A stretch of DNA of 64,000 bases, from assembly GCA_963662275.1 (NCBI GenBank), contig OY759316.1, positions 1,984,001 to 2,048,000 of the forward strand. Direction: 5' to 3'. The position numbers were made by a program, and so were the translations under genes. The stretch is from Candidatus Cloacimonadales bacterium (GTDB lineage: Bacteria > Cloacimonadota > Cloacimonadia > Cloacimonadales > DAONDQ01). Positions 60,802 to 64,000 of the stretch are shown one piece after another. The notes beneath the pieces are model-generated. The model was not told where the DNA came from and did not search any database. It saw only the letters and a program-made list of their open reading frames with translations. How positions within the stretch are numbered: the first letter of the stretch is position 1; every line of letters begins with the position of its first letter.

Positions 60802-62342
60802 TTATTTTTCCTCCCGTAGTAGTCTGCACCTCTGGTAATACCAAAATCAGAAGCAGGATCATTCTTTGCAGTCTCTGCCGCATTATTGATCTTATCAAAA
60901 CCCGTCTTGAGTATGGTTTGGATATTTTTATAACCGGGATTGGGTGTATAAGATAATGCCCTTTGACATGCACTTTCGAGCCTCTGCACAGAATACCTGT
61001 CAGCTGATTTCAGAAGTGCCATACAGGAACGGTATCCCTGCTGTTCAACACGATAGGATGCCAGAATAGACTTAATTACGATCATCGTATGTTCCCCTAT
61101 TTCCTTTGCCCAGGAGATAAACCTCTCTGCATTCCATTCCTGATATTTCTGATGCTGTTCAGGCATATGTTCAGGGAGTGTCTGATACTGACCGGGATGA
61201 CCAAATTTCCTGACATGGGAAGCGATTCTGTTGGAGTTATAGAAAACCTCGACAACTCTGCTTGTGATGCGTACATCCACATAGTATTTTATGTATTCAT
61301 AAGGAACCGAATAGTACATCTTATCCACGCTTATATGATAATTGAACTGTACTGTTGCCTTTGACCAGGCAGCAAGCTCATATGGCGACAATGACAATGG
61401 AATAAGCATGGGCTGTTCTTCTGCCTGAAAGACACTTTCTCTGCTTCCTTCTTTCTTTTGAAAGGGCTTGGTATTGAACTCTCCCAGTTTTTCCCTGATT
61501 GACATATTGAGTTCATGAAGCGAAAAGAATGTCTGGTTTCGCAAGGCAGCAATGATCCAGGTTGAGATGACTCCAACTGTGCCTTCTGCACTGGGCTTAT
61601 CCTTTGGTCTTCTAACTCTGGCAGGTATTACCGCAGTATCGTAATAAGCAGACATTTCTCCATAGGTTCTGTTGATAACGGGAGTATACCACGACACATG
61701 GTCAACTCCCGTCTTAAGATTATCAGGAACAAGTATTTTAGTAACTCCATTAAAGTACTTGAAGCTATTTATATGAGCCTGAATCCAGCTTTCCATATTC
61801 ATGGAAAGAAAGGCTTCCACATAGGAATAACCACTGTACGGGAGGGTTGCTACAAAAACATAGGCTTTGATCGGTTCACCGGTAATGTTGTTTTTGATGG
61901 CGGCAGTCTGTCCAGCCCAGTCCACTTCCAGCTTTTCTCCTGGTTTGTGTTTTATTCGCATGGTTGCTTTTGTCTTTTGTGAGTAATCATGGTAATGTTT
62001 GCAAAATTGCGTATACTTGTAGGGAATAGCCTGATTATTCCTGCATCCCTCAGAGTATTCATGCCAGAGTAGCGACAGTGTTACACCACTCTTGGCAAGT
62101 TCCTTGTGTATGTGTTCATAATCAGGCATCTTCTGCGGGTTTGACGATAAGTAAGCCGGAAAGAGCTGCTCTTCGATCATCTCATTTGTTAATGTATCAG
62201 GAAGCGGCCATTCAAGGCTCTGGTCTGTTGCCCTTTGAATGATCATCGACACGTTATTGCGGGAACAGGATAAACTCGCCGCTATGCCTCGTCTGCTTAT
62301 TCCCTGGCTGTGTAAGCGAAGGATCTCTCGGTAATTGGTCAT
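60798..62342 (-). CDS. istA: IS21 transposase IstA
   Basis: MTNYREILRL HTH; VDWAG, VPDNLK, PKDK..AE DDE motifs; GGAGG RBS. Confidence 0.95.
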   Translation of the reverse strand: MTNYREILRLHSQGISRRGIAASLSCSRNNVSMIIQRATDQSLEWPLPDTLTNEMIEEQLFPAYLSSNPQKMPDYEHIHKELAKSGVTLSLLWHEYSEGCRNNQAIPYKYTQFCKHYHDYSQKTKATMRIKHKPGEKLEVDWAGQTAAIKNNITGEPIKAYVFVATLPYSGYSYVEAFLSMNMESWIQAHINSFKYFNGVTKILVPDNLKTGVDHVSWYTPVINRTYGEMSAYYDTAVIPARVRRPKDKPSAEGTVGVISTWIIAALRNQTFFSLHELNMSIREKLGEFNTKPFQKKEGSRESVFQAEEQPMLIPLSLSPYELAAWSKATVQFNYHISVDKMYYSVPYEYIKYYVDVRITSRVVEVFYNSNRIASHVRKFGHPGQYQTLPEHMPEQHQKYQEWNAERFISWAKEIGEHTMIVIKSILASYRVEQQGYRSCMALLKSADRYSVQRLESACQRALSYTPNPGYKNIQTILKTGFDKINNAAETAKNDPASDFGITRGADYYGRKNK

Positions 62343-62797
62343 TGCATTGACCTCCATGAATTGATTTACACTGATACAGTGCATTAATTCATGTTGGTTT
62401 TTTCTTTCAAAATAGCAAGGTGGCTCTATTTTAGCGAAGACGTGGCTCTAAAACTCCGTACAAGTGGCTCTCATTTAGAATATTATTCAAATAAGCATTT
62501 CCCATCATAGGCATGATTGGATATGCTGTTGAACAAGCTCAAGTAGCAGGGTGATTTTGAATATGTATTTGGAAATTGCTTTTTGAAGATTTCTTGGGTT
62601 GAATTGGATTTTTACAATTTTAGCAGAGTCTTTTACCAATGGAAGAGATGATTTTCTTTTCAGAAGTTATCAAATCACTTTGAGATCAGACTTTTTGTGT
62701 ATGGGCTGATATTGTTTTCAAGTATTTTAGCAAATTGCCTGTAATATTTCGGTTGTTTCTATAATTTAGGCAAGACAATCCCGTCGGTAAAATTAAC

Positions 62798-63940
62798 TTA
62801 CAGTTTACCGCCATCAAAGCAATTTGCCAAAAACAACAGCGACCAAGGCGGTGATCTTGGTTTTCCGGTAATTGAAGCATGCTGTGTCATCTTTGATTTG
62901 CAATTAGGGCAGAGGTCTTTTTCAAATTTGGGAATTACAAAAGTTTTAGCTGTCTGATTCTTGTCATTAGAATCGGACTTTGCTGGGAAAAAGCTGTTGA
63001 CCATCTCCCAGACAGATTTTGCCGCCGGACTGAGAAATCCGTAGTATCTGATTTTCTGAAATCCCTGCGGCAGAACATGCATCAGGAACTTATTGATAAA
63101 CTCCACGGAGTCGACGCTTTTAAAGGCGAATTTAGCTGAACCTGCCGGCTTGTATTTAAAGGTTACCAGCCCGTCCTTTTCCCAAAGGATGCGATTGTTG
63201 GTGATGGCGGTCCGATACACATAATTGGCCAAATAAGTCAGAGCCTCCCGACCTTTTCCGACGGGTCGGGAGTCTGTGACAAACTCTTTTTGCTGCCAGA
63301 CTAGCGGGGATATCCGACCAAACAGATGCTGATTTTCCAGTCGAAGCAAATCACGGAATTTTGCCCGGTAAATCACCGAAAGAGCTTTGACCGGAATCAG
63401 GAACTTATTGCCTGCTTTTTGCCATTCCTTTCGTTCTTTATTCCAAGCTCCGCCGGGGACTATATAATGAATATGAGGATGATATTCAAGCTGCCTTGTC
63501 CAGGTATGAAGTACCCCGGTAAAGCCTGAAACGCCACCGGCATATTTGGGATCTGAAAGCAATGTCTTTAAGGCTTCAGATGATGCTTTGAACTGAAGAT
63601 CATAAAGCAGTTTCTGATTTGACAGGCATGTTTTGTGCAGTTCCCGGGGTATGGTGAAAGTTACCATGAAGTACTTAACCGGCAGCAGTTTGGCAAGCTG
63701 CTTTTCCAGCCATTTCGCTGAATCATTACGGCCACACTTCGGGCAGTGACGGTTTTTGCAGGAATGATAGGAATAATGCAGTTCCGCACATTCCTGGCAT
63801 AAATAGACTTCTCCGCCCAGTTCAGGTGTCCGGCAAAGGAGAATATCTCTGATCGCTCTTAAATGGCTTTCCGGTGACTGGTTTCCATATTTTTCCAGAT
63901 ACTCGGACAGGTTGTTTTTGAGAATCCTGCTAAAATCCAT
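62798..63940 (-). CDS. IS91-family Y2 HUH transposase, identical protein to 20143-21285
   Basis: Identical translation in the ORF track. Confidence 0.93.
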   Translation of the reverse strand: MDFSRILKNNLSEYLEKYGNQSPESHLRAIRDILLCRTPELGGEVYLCQECAELHYSYHSCKNRHCPKCGRNDSAKWLEKQLAKLLPVKYFMVTFTIPRELHKTCLSNQKLLYDLQFKASSEALKTLLSDPKYAGGVSGFTGVLHTWTRQLEYHPHIHYIVPGGAWNKERKEWQKAGNKFLIPVKALSVIYRAKFRDLLRLENQHLFGRISPLVWQQKEFVTDSRPVGKGREALTYLANYVYRTAITNNRILWEKDGLVTFKYKPAGSAKFAFKSVDSVEFINKFLMHVLPQGFQKIRYYGFLSPAAKSVWEMVNSFFPAKSDSNDKNQTAKTFVIPKFEKDLCPNCKSKMTQHASITGKPRSPPWSLLFLANCFDGGKL

Positions 63941-64000
63941 TTACATCTTATTCATCAGTTCATTGATGATTTTACATGACTGCTCTCGGGAAACGTTAGT
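63941..64000 (-). CDS. 3' end of the tyrosine recombinase of element copy 2 (partial)
   Basis: Sequence identical to 21286-21345. Confidence 0.9.
   Translation of the reverse strand, partial: TNVSREQSCKIINELMNKM

Larger units (their letters stand above)
59831..62489 (-). mobile_element. IS21-family element, intact, 4-bp TSD AATA
   Basis: TGGATATTTC...AATATTATTCA ends; subterminal AGAGCCAC repeats; istA+istB. Confidence 0.95.
59822..64000 (-). mobile_element. YR + IS91-like element copy 2 (runs off the window), with an IS21 nested 9 bp inside its end
   Basis: TAACATAATA|IS21|AATAAGCATTTCCC matches the copy 1 end TAACATAATAAGCATTTCCC; identical 380-aa transposase; two SNPs seen in the non-coding end. 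Confidence 0.93.

Overview
Bacterial window, probably Candidatus Cloacimonadota. This is an inference from six large secreted proteins ending in an FlgD-Ig/T9SS-like 'YPNPFN...IYNIRGQ.V..L...W.G.D....SG.Y...KM..LK' domain, together with anaerobe-type genes. Contents: (1) tetR and two secreted enzymes (CapA-like, HExxH peptidase). (2) A Panacea antitoxin plus PemK/MazF-like toxin pair. (3) A type I-B CRISPR-Cas locus (cas6-cas8b-cas7-cas5-cas3-cas1-cas2-cas4, 22 repeats of 37 bp). It is damaged three times: an IS21 sits inside a repeat, and cas8b carries both a frameshift and a 2.45-kb tyrosine-recombinase + IS91-like HUH element. (4) Two lamin-tail modular surface proteins. (5) Housekeeping genes (cdsA, uppS, prfB with programmed frameshift, dGTPase-like HD protein, trmB, ftsY, rpsT), a GAPOR-like oxidoreductase, a Dna2-like helicase and two glycosyltransferases. 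(6) An AT-rich ExbB/ExbD/ExbD/TonB-like/TPR cluster. (7) A second copy of the YR-IS91 element with another IS21 nested in its end. Intergenic DNA is dense with repeats: GTAG-type REP clusters, and 7-bp-periodic arrays of differing sequence bounded by a shared TTCTGC motif. The oldest CRISPR spacer has exactly this array structure.
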